The notes under the pieces: generated by a model
The model's input: the letters and a program-made list of their open reading frames with translations, nothing else
Database searches by the model: none
Told to the model about the DNA's origin: nothing
Assembly: GCF_000315625.1 (NCBI RefSeq)
Contig: NW_005434502.1
Span: forward strand, 35,682-99,681
Source of the DNA: Guillardia theta CCMP2712
Taxonomy: Eukaryota > Protista > Cryptophyta
DNA length: 64,000 nucleotides
Reading direction: 5' to 3'
Program-made: the position numbers and the translations under genes
In this document: in pieces, positions 1-11,467 of the stretch
How positions within the stretch are numbered: the stretch's first letter is position 1
How the letters are laid out: the number at the start of each line of letters is the position of its first letter

Positions 1-2403
1 GCAGGAACCACTGCTATTTATGAGCATTTAAATCGACTTCGTACACAGCTTGGTAATATGCACAGAAAGCATCGAACTCTTTTTTCCCGAATCGAAAAGT
101 GGTCTACCTCACATTTCGAAGATTTGAATTCATTACAATCCACGATTCACGATTACTTTTTGCGGTAAGTCTGTGATGTTGCTTTCTTCCCCTCTCTGTA
201 GTGTGATCATTCTGCAGATATGCAAAATTGTCGGATGAGCATGTTGATCCATGTCCCCCAAAGAAGCACACCAAGGCAGACTCCGAGCTGTTCATTCAGA
301 CAGTTTGTGAAACGTTCAGAACCCTTGATGGCAACACCCGATGTGAAATCATCCGAAGGATTCTGAGTGAGCACGACTCTCTGTGTCAAGCACAAAAGAA
401 AACATCGGAGCATGAGTTCTCTGCGATATGCAATGTCGAAAGAGCAGTTTCAAACTTACATGCTTGTGGATTGCCAGATGTAGTTTCTGAATTGGTGATG
501 TTTGCCAGTAATGATATCGACGCTTTCAGAACAACACACAAAATCATGCCGTACTTGGTAATGGATTGGTGTCGTCAAAGTTTTAGAGCGAAAGATTCGA
601 GGGGCATGAGATTCTCCCCGGAGATTATCAGTTTCGCATCAACACTCAAAAACCTTGGCAATGCGACAATGTTGCGGTTCCTGTCAGGGCCAGGGAACAA
701 GTTTACAGACAATTTCCATTCTGATCAGGCTTTACATAACTTGCCTCTGCCATGCATCTCTACTCTTTGCAAGCATCAAAGTGCTGACATGAAAACACGA
801 GATGTGAAAAGGTCAAGAATATGTAGCGAAATTTTGGACAATTACAGCGAAATGATGAGTACTAACCTTGTAGATGGTATCCACGTGTTGGCGATGGACA
901 AGACGATGATCAATGCTGGTTTTTGTAAAGAATTCGAAGATTGCGAAGCAGATTTAGGCAACCAGTATGGATGATCGAACTCTATGTTCCTCTATTGCTG
1001 CATACATTTCAGGGCTATTCAAGTTCGAGCCTCCAATTTCAGAGCACGACATTGAGAGTGAGTGCACCTTGAACAATGCCGATGAATACGATGGGGAAGA
1101 CCTGTCGTCATTGTCAGTCACACCTCAGTCGGGAATGGTACACATGGATGTGCCGGAGATGAGAGATATCAAAAATTTTGTTTTGCAATTGCGACGCAAC
1201 CAGGCCATATGGCAGGTTCAGAATGAGAAGACGCTAAGATGTAGCACGAGCAAGAGGCCAAGATTGACCTTGAAAGACATGTTCTGTAGGCTGAAAATAT
1301 TTTGCCGAAGGTATGGATACGAAGAAGTTCTGTCATTAGCCAATGACAATCAAGATGAGGAAGAAACATACACTCCATGGGAGATGGAGCGAAGGATAGC
1401 AGATGGGCTAAATGAGCTGGATGAAAACAAGATCCGCTTTAAATTTGACGAATGGCTGTCCAATCCCGTCATCTCTCCTATCACCAAGAAGTTGTTATTC
1501 TTCTCACCGTGCATTAACCACTTGTTGAAGAATGTCAGGCATTCGATTGGATCAGGGAAGTCACAATCGTCTTCACCGGAAGCCAAGATATGGCATAAAG
1601 CTTACAGTGATATCGCCAAGAAGAATCCATCATGGATGTCTCAGATGGAGGTCGATGGAACCGCCGATCCACAATCTGTGGATATCATGCTGAAGATGTT
1701 CAGTGAAAAAGCCATCAGTCTACTGAAGGCAGAAGGGCATGAAGCGACAGCCAGAATGGCAGAAAGTATGTCTGGCCTTCACAAAGCATTCGATCAAAGA
1801 GGTCTGACAGTTTCAGAGAGGATACGTCTAGTACGCGAAGCTCGGAGTTGGTTGTTGGAAGGGATCGACTGGACCACGGTCAGCCAGAAACACGTGAAAG
1901 GATTATCTTCTGTCGCGTTTGAAGGTTTCATAGTGGCAATTGATACTCATCTGCAAGTACAGCAGTACGTGAAAAATAAGAGACATGTGCTTGGAGACGG
2001 AGACTATGACTTCAACTCACGAACTCTCTGCACCGATAGTGTGGAGAATCTGTGGTCATTGATTGGCCATCTGAACAAGAAGGATTTCTTGAGAAAATTC
2101 AATCAGGCTTGCACAGAGTTATGTAAAAAGGTGGACCCTGACCTGCCCTTTGTGTACGAGCATTCGAAAAAACGAATTGTCCTCAGCCAACCGCATGAAC
2201 GGGACACTTTCAACGTACGGAATGGATCAGATAATGACGGGGAAGCTGAGAACAGCACACATAAGAACAGGCGAAGACGAATTTATGCTAAATCAGCACA
2301 ATGGGATGGAGGCCTCAATGGTAACATGCCCGGGTTTCGGGGATTACGTGACATTGCTGGTTGCAAGTCGAAAAAGAGGTATACGAAAAGTAGAAAACAT
2401 TAA
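1..2403 (+). mobile_element. P-element-superfamily (THAP9-like) DNA transposase, split over two frames; 5' end lies upstream of the window; possibly degenerate
   Basis: Frame 1 is open from base 1, and a GT-AG intron at 165-217 joins it in phase to ORF 228-974; ORF 967-2403 follows. Motifs occur in P-transposase order: GMRFSPEIISFASTL..LPLPCISTL, VLAMDKTMI (cf. VLxFDEMxI), NHLLKNVR (cf. PHLLKxxRN), DPQSVDIMLKMFS..ATARMAESMSGLHKAFD (GTP-binding-insert-like) and LCTDSVENLWSLI (cf. QDxLENxFS). TIRs not identified. Confidence 0.6.
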
Positions 2404-2759
2404 AAAGAGCGATAGTGACATCCGAATCATTGGTATCATGAGATAGAACTCACATTTCTCTGATAGACTGTGAGGTTTTGACAATTGTCATCATCGCGCT
2501 TTTTGCTTTAATCATCCTTAAACCTGGTCGCGGCCTGGCTGCCATTGCGATTTCCTGCAAACTTACCCACCCCCTCCCCATCAACATACCCTCTATCATT
2601 GAGGGAAAGACACCGGTCCTAGACCCTTTTATCGCGAGTTCCACCCCCGTGGGCAGGCGGCTGGGCAGGCGGCTGGGCAGGCCCCCCTGGGCAGGCCCAG
2701 TGCAGGCCGGTGCTGCAGGCACACCAGGGGCACACACTGAGGCACACCAAAGTCCGACG

Positions 2760-3030
2760 GGGCTGCCGCTGCTGTTGTAGGGATGAGTCATGGTAAAGTC
2801 CAGAACCAGCCCATTCCAGGTGTGGGTGGAGTGGCCAGGGAGCCAGAGGTCGCCCATGAGTCTGTTGGTGGGACCATGCTTGTTGCGGAGAACCATAGTA
2901 CACTGCTCATGCACGGTGGTCCATAGAGCTGCTCGGTGACAACAATTGGCCAGGTGAGAGACGCTGCTACCTGTCGATGAGTCTAAGGCTGTAGCACAAG
3001 GATCACAGTTGGCAGGCAGAAGTTGCACGT
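2760..3030 (-). pseudogene. Fragment of an RLE-type (CRE/R2-group) non-LTR retrotransposon: zinc knuckle plus restriction-like endonuclease
   Basis: Within ORF 2450-3106(-): CDPCATALDS..HLANC (CCHC knuckle-like) followed by RLMGDLWLPG..GLVLDFTMTHP, which matches the RxxD...lvlDvtvthp PD-(D/E)xK signature of CRE-like elements. No RT adjacent. Confidence 0.55.
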
Positions 3031-3224
3031 TTGTTGCATCAGAGAGTATAGCAGGCCGCTGAGATTTCCAAGTCGAATTGTACAGACAAGTAAACCTCAC
3101 AAACATATGAGTCTTTTGTTAAGAAAGATCTCGCGAGCTATCGCAATGCTATCTCGCTCTGAGGGGTGTTAGATGCGCGTCTCTTTCCTTCCTATATACC
3201 TCAAATCTTCCTGTACCTGCAGCT

Positions 3225-6200
3225 TTCCCTGCTGGCTCACCTGCTGCTGCCTCACCTGCTGCTGCCTCACCTGCTGCTGCACCTGCTGCTGCTTCACCTA
3301 CTGATGTTTGACCTGCTGCCTCACCTGCTGCTTGACCTGCTGCTGCCTCACCTGCTGCTGCCTCACCTGCTGCTGCTTCACCTGCTGCTTCTTTACCAAG
3401 TTGTTCCTTCTCCTGCTGCTTGACCTGCTGCTTCATCTGCCGATGCTTGATATACTGCTGGCTCACCTGCTGCTGCTTCACCTGCCGATGCTTGACCTGC
3501 TGCTGCTTCACCTGCTGCTGCTTCACCTGCTGCTGCTTCACCTGCTGCTGCATCTGCCGATGCTTGACCTGCTGCTGCTTGACCTGCTGCTGCTTGACCT
3601 GCTGCTGCCTCACCTGCTGCTGCCTCACCTGCTGCCGCTTGACCTGCTGCTGCCTCACCTGCTGCTGCCTCACCTGCTGCCTCACCTGCTGCCTCACCTG
3701 CTGCTGCTTTACCAAGTTGTTGCTTCTCCTGCTGCTTCATGTACTGATGCTTGACCTGCTGCTGCCTCACCTGCTGCTGCCTCACCTGCCGCTTCACCTG
3801 CTGCTGCTTCACCTGCTGCTGCTTGACCTGCTGCTGCCTCACCTGCTGCTGCTGCTGCCTCACCTGCTGCTGCCTCACCTGCTGCTGCTTGACCTGCTGC
3901 TGCTTCACTTGCTGCTGCTTGACCTGCTGCTGCCTCACCTGCTGCTGCCTCACCTGCTGCTGCCTCACCTGCTGCTGCCTCACCCGCTGCTGCTTCACCT
4001 GCTGCTGCTTGACCTGCTGCTGCTTTACCAAGTTGTTGCTTCTCCTGCTGCATCACCTGCTGCTTGACCTGCTGCTGCTTGACCTGCTGCTGCTTTACCA
4101 AGTTGTTGCTTCTCCTGCTGCCTCACCTGCTGCTGCTTGACCTGCTGCTCACCTGCTGCTGCCTCACTGTTGTGCTTTACCTGCTGCTGCCTCACCTGCT
4201 GCTGCTTCACCTGCTGCTGCTTCACCTGCTGCTGCCTCACCTGCTGCTGCTTGACCTGCTGCTGCTTCACCTGCTGCTGCTTCACCTGCTGCTGCTTCAC
4301 CTGCTGCTGCTTCACCTGCTGCTGCCTCACCTGCTGCTGCATCTGCCGATGCTTGACCTGCTGCTGCTTCACCTGCTGCTGCTTCACCTGCTGCTGCCTC
4401 ACCTGCTGCTGCCTCACCTGCTGCCTCACCTGCTGCTGCCTCACCTGCTGCTGCTTCACCTGCTGCTGCCTCACCTGCTGCTGCTTCACCTGCTGCTGCC
4501 TCACCTGCTGCTGCCTCACCTGCTGCTGCCTCACCTGCTGCTGCTGCTGCCTCACTTGCTGCTGCCTCACCTGCTGCTGCTTGATCTGCTGCTGCTTCAC
4601 TTGCTGCTGCTTCACCTGCTGCTGCCTCACCAGCTGCATCCTCACTTGCTGCTGCCTCACCTGCTGCTGCCTCACCTGCTGCTGCTTGACCTGCTGCTGC
4701 TTGATCTGCAGCTGCTTCACCTGCTGCTGCTTTGTGTGCGTCACCTGCTGCTTGACCTGCCAATGCTTGACCTGCAGTTGTTTTTGTTGCTACTTTACCT
4801 GCTGATACTTTTAACTGTTGATGTTTTGCTTGCTGCTTTGCCTGCTGATACTTCACCTGCTGCTTCACAGGCCTCAAGTAATTATACCTCGCTGCTCGCT
4901 GGGTCTCGGACAGATTCTTCAGGACAGATTCTTAAGAAAAGATTTTTTAGGCCTCATCGCTTAGCCTGTCTCCCTCCTGTATCATTTTATCAGTGAACCT
5001 GCCGCTGCTAGGCACTGCCTTCATCGATGCCATCGCAAGTAGATAAGTAGATGCCCATAGAGCCCAACCTTGCTTCCTGCCTCTCCTCTTGTCCCCTGCT
5101 CCTACGCTGTGCTTGGGACTCGTTGTGTTGAACTGCCAGCAAGCTCAATGGCGGGCAAAACTATGTTTGATATTAAGGATGTGTGACGTGTGAAGAGTGT
5201 CAACTTTGCTGCTGCTGCTTCACCTGCTGCTGCCTCACCTGCTGCTGCTTCACCTGCTGCTGCTGCTGCCTCACCTGCTGCTGCCTCACCTGCTGCTGAT
5301 CGACCTGCTGCTGCTTCACTTGCTGCTGCCTCACCTGCTGCTGCCTCACTTGCTGCTGCTTCACCTGCTGCTGCCTCACCTGCTGCTGCCTCACCTGCTG
5401 CTGCTTTACCTGCTGCTGCTTTACCAAGTTGTTGCTTCTCCTGCTGCCTCACCTGCTGCTTGACCTGCTGCTGCTTGACCTGCTGCTGCTTTACCAAGTT
5501 GTTGCTTCTCCTGCTGCTTGACCTGCTGCTGCTTGACCTGCTGCTTGACCTGCTGCTGCCTCACCTGCTGCTGCTTCACCTGCTGCTGCATCTGCCGATG
5601 CTTGACCTGCTGCTGCCTCACCTGCTGCTGCTTCACTTGCTGCTGCTTCACCTGCTGCTGCCTCACCTGCTGCTGCATCTGCTGATACTTCACCTGCTCC
5701 TGCCTCACCTGCTGCCTCACCTGCTGCTGCTTGACCTGCTGCTGCCTCACCTGCTGCTGCTTCACCTGCTGCTTGACCTGCTGCTGCCTCACCTGCTCCT
5801 GCCTCACCTGCTCCTGCCTCACCTGCTGCTGCTTCACCTGCTGCTGCTTGACCTGCTGCTGCCTCACCTGCTGCTGCCTCACCTGCAGCTGCTTCACCTG
5901 CTGCTGCTTTGTGTGCGTCACCTGCTGCTTGACCTGCCGATGCTTGATCTGCTGCTGCTTGATCTGCTGCCGATGCTTGACCTGCTGCTGCTTCACCTGC
6001 CGATGCTTGACCAGCTGCATCCTCACTTGCTGCTGCCTCACCTGCTGCTGCCTCACCTGCTGCTGCTTGACCTGCTGCTGCTTGATCTGCAGCTGCTTCA
6101 CCTGCTGCTGCTTTGTGTGCGTCACCTGCTGCTTGACCTGCCAATGCTTGACCTGCAGTTGTTTTTGTTGCTACTTTACCTGCTGATACTTTTAACTGTT

Positions 6201-6250
6201 GATGTTTTGCTTGCTGCTTTGCCTGCTGATACTTCACCTGCTGCTTCACA
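3225..6250. repeat. CTG/CAG-rich minisatellite (15-bp core CACCTGCTGCTGCCT/CTT with variants), interrupted by a unique block at ~4780-5205
   Basis: Directly visible. It generates many low-complexity ORFs (QQQVK/R, GEAAA, SPAAA, LLLPH, TCCC). Confidence 0.95.
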
Positions 6251-6591
6251 GGCCTCAAGTAATTATACCTCGCTGCTCGCTGGGTCTCGGACAGATTCTT
6301 CAGGACAGATTCTTAAGAAAAGATTTTTTAGGCCTCATCGCTTAGCCTGTCTCCCTCCTGTATCATTTTATCAGTGAACCTGCCGCTGCTAGGCACTGCC
6401 TTCATCGATGCCATCGCAAGTAGATAAGTAGATGCCCATAGAGCCCAACCTTGCTTCCTGCCTCTCCTCTTGTCCCCTGCTCCTACGCTGTGCTTGGGAC
6501 TCGTTGTGTTGAACTGCCAGCAAGCTCAATGGCGGGCAAAACTATGTTTGATATTAAGGATGTGTGACGTGTGAAGAATGTCAACTTTGCT
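4631..6591. repeat. Direct duplication: 4631-5210 is nearly identical to 6012-6591 (offset 1381 bp)
   Basis: The same ~580-bp block (minisatellite tail plus ~430 bp unique sequence) occurs twice. One visible difference lies near the end (gagtgt vs gaatgt). Confidence 0.9.
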
Positions 6592-6720
6592 AGGTTTTTT
6601 CAATGTTTTATTCGCAGAGCTTTTCTGGTGCGATCTCCCTGTGTTCTCCTAAAAAGTATACAGGATGTAAAGAGCTCAGCGTCACGCGACGAGCAAGCAG
6701 TTGAAGTTCCAATGTCGATT

Positions 6721-7899
6721 TCATGCTCTTGTCGTGAAGAGAGCAGCGATGGCGGTCACCATGAGAGTGAGTGCCATAAAAGCTGGGGTGCCAGCTGCGG
6801 AACTAGGAGCGGGAGCAATGGGCACGGTAGGAGGCCCGACAACCCATCGAGACTGGCTAGAAGTTGTGGATGTTGCGCCAACGGCAGGTGCGCCTGCAGA
6901 CCCGTAGAGGACCGTCTGACCAGCTGTCTGAAAGTATTGCTTAGGGAAAAGGATGTCAAAGTATACAGACATGTCGTCTCCAGTTACTTTGTTGGCCCTG
7001 ATATTCACGGTATCGCTTCCATACTTCGATAAAGATACAGGATCGCCTGATCCAGCGGTGGCGTAGTTGAAACCCTTCGAGAGAACCAAGGAGATGAGCT
7101 TGCCGCCTAGAGTGAAGGAGATGTCATTGACCTCGACGTTACTCATCTCGCTCAGCTTCTTCGATTGGGAGTTGAAAGTCATCTGTGCTGAAGTCTGGCT
7201 CTTGTCTACCACCGTCATCTTCAGTCTGAGGCCGAGATGCGTGCCCTTAGGATCCGCAACGTACTTGCTACCCATCGTTCCGCCGTAAGCCATGAACGCG
7301 ATGTCGCCGGATACGAATGTCACATTCGTTCCGGTACAAGCTCCGTTGGACGTAGAAGCGATACAGTAATCTGCAGTGTTTTTGAAGGTTTTGTGGTCAG
7401 ACGGAAGGTTGTCTGGTGCATTCCATGAAACGGGAATGGTCTTGGTGCTGATAACCCCTTTGGTCATGATCGCATTGACCACGCCAACAAAGCCGCAGCT
7501 TTCAACAGTGTTACCAACTAGACCTCCGGCCATCATGTATGCAAACTCTGCAGTTCCCTCTTTGACGCCTGATTTACTCGAAACAAACCCATTGATGGAG
7601 ACATTCGTCAGAGCATTTATCATGTTGACCTGGTTGGCATTGGTGGCGTAGGTGTTGATATCGTAGATCCATGCCATTGAGTCGGGGGTGACTGTGACAT
7701 AGGCTGAGGGGCCAGGGGAGGCAGCGGTGCACGGCCCGTAGGCAGCAGAGGAACAATCCTTCAAGTTTGCGCAATCAGGTATGACACCGGCGCAGATGTC
7801 CTTTCCCTCGGCTTTGACAAAGCTGTAGGCGCAATGAGAGCCAGGAAGGGAGGAGAGCAGGAGGAGCAGAGCTGCCGCGTGGTGAGCAGCAGCACGCAT
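6721..7899 (-). CDS. Intronless 392-aa secreted/cell-surface protein (signal peptide, Cys-rich N-terminus, Ser/Thr/Pro linker, hydrophobic C-terminus suggesting a GPI anchor or TM segment)
   Basis: Single ATG-to-stop ORF; N-terminus MRAAAHHAAALLLLLSSLPGSHC; C-terminus AAGTPAFMALTLMVTAIAALFTTRA. Confidence 0.8.
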   Translation of the reverse strand: MRAAAHHAAALLLLLSSLPGSHCAYSFVKAEGKDICAGVIPDCANLKDCSSAAYGPCTAASPGPSAYVTVTPDSMAWIYDINTYATNANQVNMINALTNVSINGFVSSKSGVKEGTAEFAYMMAGGLVGNTVESCGFVGVVNAIMTKGVISTKTIPVSWNAPDNLPSDHKTFKNTADYCIASTSNGACTGTNVTFVSGDIAFMAYGGTMGSKYVADPKGTHLGLRLKMTVVDKSQTSAQMTFNSQSKKLSEMSNVEVNDISFTLGGKLISLVLSKGFNYATAGSGDPVSLSKYGSDTVNIRANKVTGDDMSVYFDILFPKQYFQTAGQTVLYGSAGAPAVGATSTTSSQSRWVVGPPTVPIAPAPSSAAGTPAFMALTLMVTAIAALFTTRA

Positions 7900-9717
7900 A
7901 TCGCGAGGCAGGGCGAGAGCAGGCGAGGAGAGGAGGAGGAATATAAAGGCGAGCCTACATCAGACCACCCTCTCGTTCACCATTAAAAGTACCCCCATCG
8001 GAGAGCTGATACCCCGGAGGTCTTTGTGGTACTACAGTTATCTGACAGAGACGAGCAGTCCCCCGGGAGTTGAGATATTTCAGTACTGAGTTGTTTTAGT
8101 CACAATTACGGATTACCATCGACTTCAACAGGATCGCACCGACTCAGCATCATCAAGTACCCCCGTTCGTTACATTTATCTTAACTTCCGAGGTCTTGTT
8201 GGTGCACCAAGAAACTTTACTTCCACATTTATATCAGTCAGAAATGCCTTGCCCTTCATACAAGGGATGGAGTGGGGTGGGTTACCACCCACCAAGTAGT
8301 CATGTAATATGGTGCAGGAGAGCGGTGATCACCGACGGCGAAGTGGGTACCGGGTACCAAGAAACTTAACTTCCCAGTCCCACACGAGACGGGCAAAATG
8401 ACCCCTCCCCCGGGACAGGATTTTCATGGGGGTCAGTGGGGGGGTCGAGTCACCCGGATGATTGACCACTGAAAAAAAAACACGTAACTTCAAAATAGAA
8501 TTTAATAAACACAAATTAACTTAGTTTAAAGTTAAATTTGTGAAGGAACTTTTACTTGTTTACTCTCTACCGCCAGGCACTGGCGGCACTGAGCTGCCGC
8601 TGAGCGGCCGGTTGTCAGAAACTCAGTAGACAGAAAATGATCTCAGAGTATCCCGGCAGCGAAGCAGTTCCAACAAAGAGTGCAGTCTCGCGTTCTTGAC
8701 AGCGCACAGGCTGCGGCATGCTGTTCCGAGGCCCAATTGAAAAAAGGATCCGACATTCGTCAATTGAGGCAGTTGTAATCTGTTTCACTGAAGCCTGGCA
8801 TAACTGCCGCCGAGTCTTTGACACGGCGGCCCGGGTCAGTGTGCCGGGCTGTGTAACCGTCGAACCGTCCGAGAGGCAGGGTAGAGTCGGGTGGTCTGAC
8901 GTAAGTTTACGGTGAGGTGGGGTGGTACTTCACTAGAGAAACGAAGCACCCCTGCAATACATACGTATATTGGGGGTGCTGGTACCTAGAGTGATTCGAT
9001 ATGGTAGGGGTAGTAGGGTCGAAGCTGAAGGCACAGGTATTGGAGGGGTGGGGTCACCTGTTGACTTTTTTCTTTGACCCTGCCGGGGTACACGATGCGC
9101 TGCACAGAGGACGAGCCGCTGAGCTGGGAGCGGAGGAGAAGAGGGAAGCCCGCGGAGAGAGGGAGAGAGAGACAAAAGATGGGAAGTGATTGAAAAATGT
9201 TTGCAGAAAAACATGAGAAGAATTTAGGATAATCATGATCCGAACAAGAGTAGAAGTATCATGTCTTGCTGAGAATGGAACGTGACGTTTACGTTGAAAT
9301 CTTTCAAAGGAAGAAAATTACGTAAGAATGCGATTTCGGTCGGCGTGGAGAGGGGAGATGGTTGTACAGTGATCTTTAGAGAATGATAAGTTCTAGCATC
9401 AAATTGAGCAAGAAAGAGCAAGAGCGAACCTCTTGCAATTTTACCCCTTCTTGTGGTTGGTTCAATTTGATCGTTGGAAAAACCAATCACGACAAAAATT
9501 AGAATCTTAATGAAAACCTGCGACAGAGATCAAATTTTAGTCACCAAAATTCATCAGTCTTTACGAGAGCGCGCTTCACAAGATAGGATTGCTGATAGAT
9601 GAAACCAATTTGGTTATATACTAAGCAAGCAATTCGAGTTGTTACCAATTGATTTCTCATTCTGTATGATTTCGTTGATTTGTTTTGATCTCATAGTTAA
9701 GTTAACAAGCTTCCGAA

Positions 9718-11371
9718 ATGAGTCTCGAAAGCAAATCTGCTTTTAAAAAATTCAAACGCGCCGATCTTGAGGTAAAATGAGAGCTCATCTACTCGATCAC
9801 ATGCAAGGACATTTGAATTTTATCTTTCTAGGTCTCTGATAAGATAGGCAAAGGGTCTTATGGGACTGTTTGGCAAGCTACAATCCTTGCAAGCGGACAA
9901 GAAGTCGTCGTTAAAGTGATCTGGCCTGATCCTGGTGATACTCGAAAGCTCTTTCAGAGTCAATCTGATGTTGAACTTCAGATTTGGACCCCGAGGATGC
10001 CAAGAAAGAGAGTCCTGGAGAGCAGAGAAGGGCTGCTTTCAAGCGCGAGATCGATATGATGCGTAGGGTTGGTTTGCATCCCAATGTGGTGGCAATGCTT
10101 GGTTCTACGGGTGAGTATTTTGCCCTTTCTGTGTCTATTTTATCTAAAGCAGTAATGCAGCGGATTCATCAGTCATAGTTTTCGAAGAGGCCCTTACAGA
10201 TTTACATGTCATCATTAAGAAACAGAAGCGGAGCCTTACAATGCCATTAATTGTTCGTTGTGCTCGGGATGTTCTGAGGGGTGTGGAGTATCTTCATGGC
10301 ATCAAGGTTGTGCATCGAGACATAAAGCCGGCGAATATTTTGGTTTTCAAAGAAATGAAACTCAAACTGGGAGATTTTGGTCTTGCTCGTGAATTTTCAG
10401 ATGACATCATGACAGTGAGAAACGAGGTTTCTACACTTTGGTATCGTGCACCAGAACTGATTATGGGAGCATCAACGTACAATTCCAAGATAGATGAATG
10501 GTCTGTAGGGGTTTTAATCCTTGAGATGCTGCTCGGTCGTTGCCCTCTCATGGGCAATATCGAAGACAACTGCACATGTGACATTGTGACCCACTACAAT
10601 TACAACTCAGATCAGCTGTACAAAGTTTTCGAGCTTGTCGGTACTGCGGATGATCACTTCGCGTCGAGACTGGATTGCTATCAGCACTTCAAAGCTTGGC
10701 CTAGATTACAGTCTAGAATAGAGGACATTGTGTCGACTGCATGCACCAAGGACCGTTGCCGTCGGTCGGACAAGACTGAACCATCTGATGAAGAAGTCAG
10801 TCAGGTAGAGCAGTTGTTTTTCATCATCATTCGCTTACCCATTCTGATGGCAGACATGCGAGGACACGATGGTCTTGATCAAAGGGCTGCTGACCATTGA
10901 ACCAAACAAAAGAGAATCAGCAACCTCGGTATCATCCTTGTCTCATGCTCTTCTTCTTGACGGGAAACATCCAACAGGCTTTGCTTTCTCCGCTTTTGGA
11001 TTCAAAACCGAATCCTAAGAGGGCAATCATGGGTTTTGGTAGCATGATCAACAGGATGCCTTCCTCCCCTGCTGCCAGCAACATGGCTTTCTCTAGAACT
11101 CCTTCCGCCCCCGCGCACAAGCATGAGGAAGCGGCAGCGCAGAACCTTACGAGGGTTGGCGATGAAACCTGGTTGCTAACTAGTCTGACTTATCGATTTC
11201 AGCAAATGGACCAGCTGACCATGCGTAAGGCCAACGCGATGAAGGCGATGCCAGACTTCAGAAGAACCATGAGTACCTTCACTGCCGTCAGGTCGCCTCG
11301 CCCTCTCCAGTCTCTGACGGTTAGCTGACCATGCTTGACAGACCGCAAGAGCAAGAGAAAAAAACCTCTGA
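9718..11371 (+). CDS. CMGC/CDK-like Ser/Thr protein kinase (multi-exon)
   Basis: ATG at 9718, intron 9772-9831, then IGKGSYGTVWQA..VVVK. ORF 10241-10900 contains HRDIKPAN, DFGLARE, STLWYRAPE and DEWSVG. The stop is inferred at 11369-11371 after further short GT-AG introns. Confidence 0.85.
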
Positions 11372-11467
11372 AAGAAAGATACGAGAAACTTAGCTTCCTT
11401 TGTACATATATCATAACTTTCCTGACGTGCATGAGTCCGTGAGATTGAGTAGATCCATCAGTGCCAA

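Noticed and set aside
3149-6377. Many long Q-, L-, C- and A-rich ORFs
   Set aside because: By-products of a stop-poor CTG minisatellite open in several frames; no single coherent gene.
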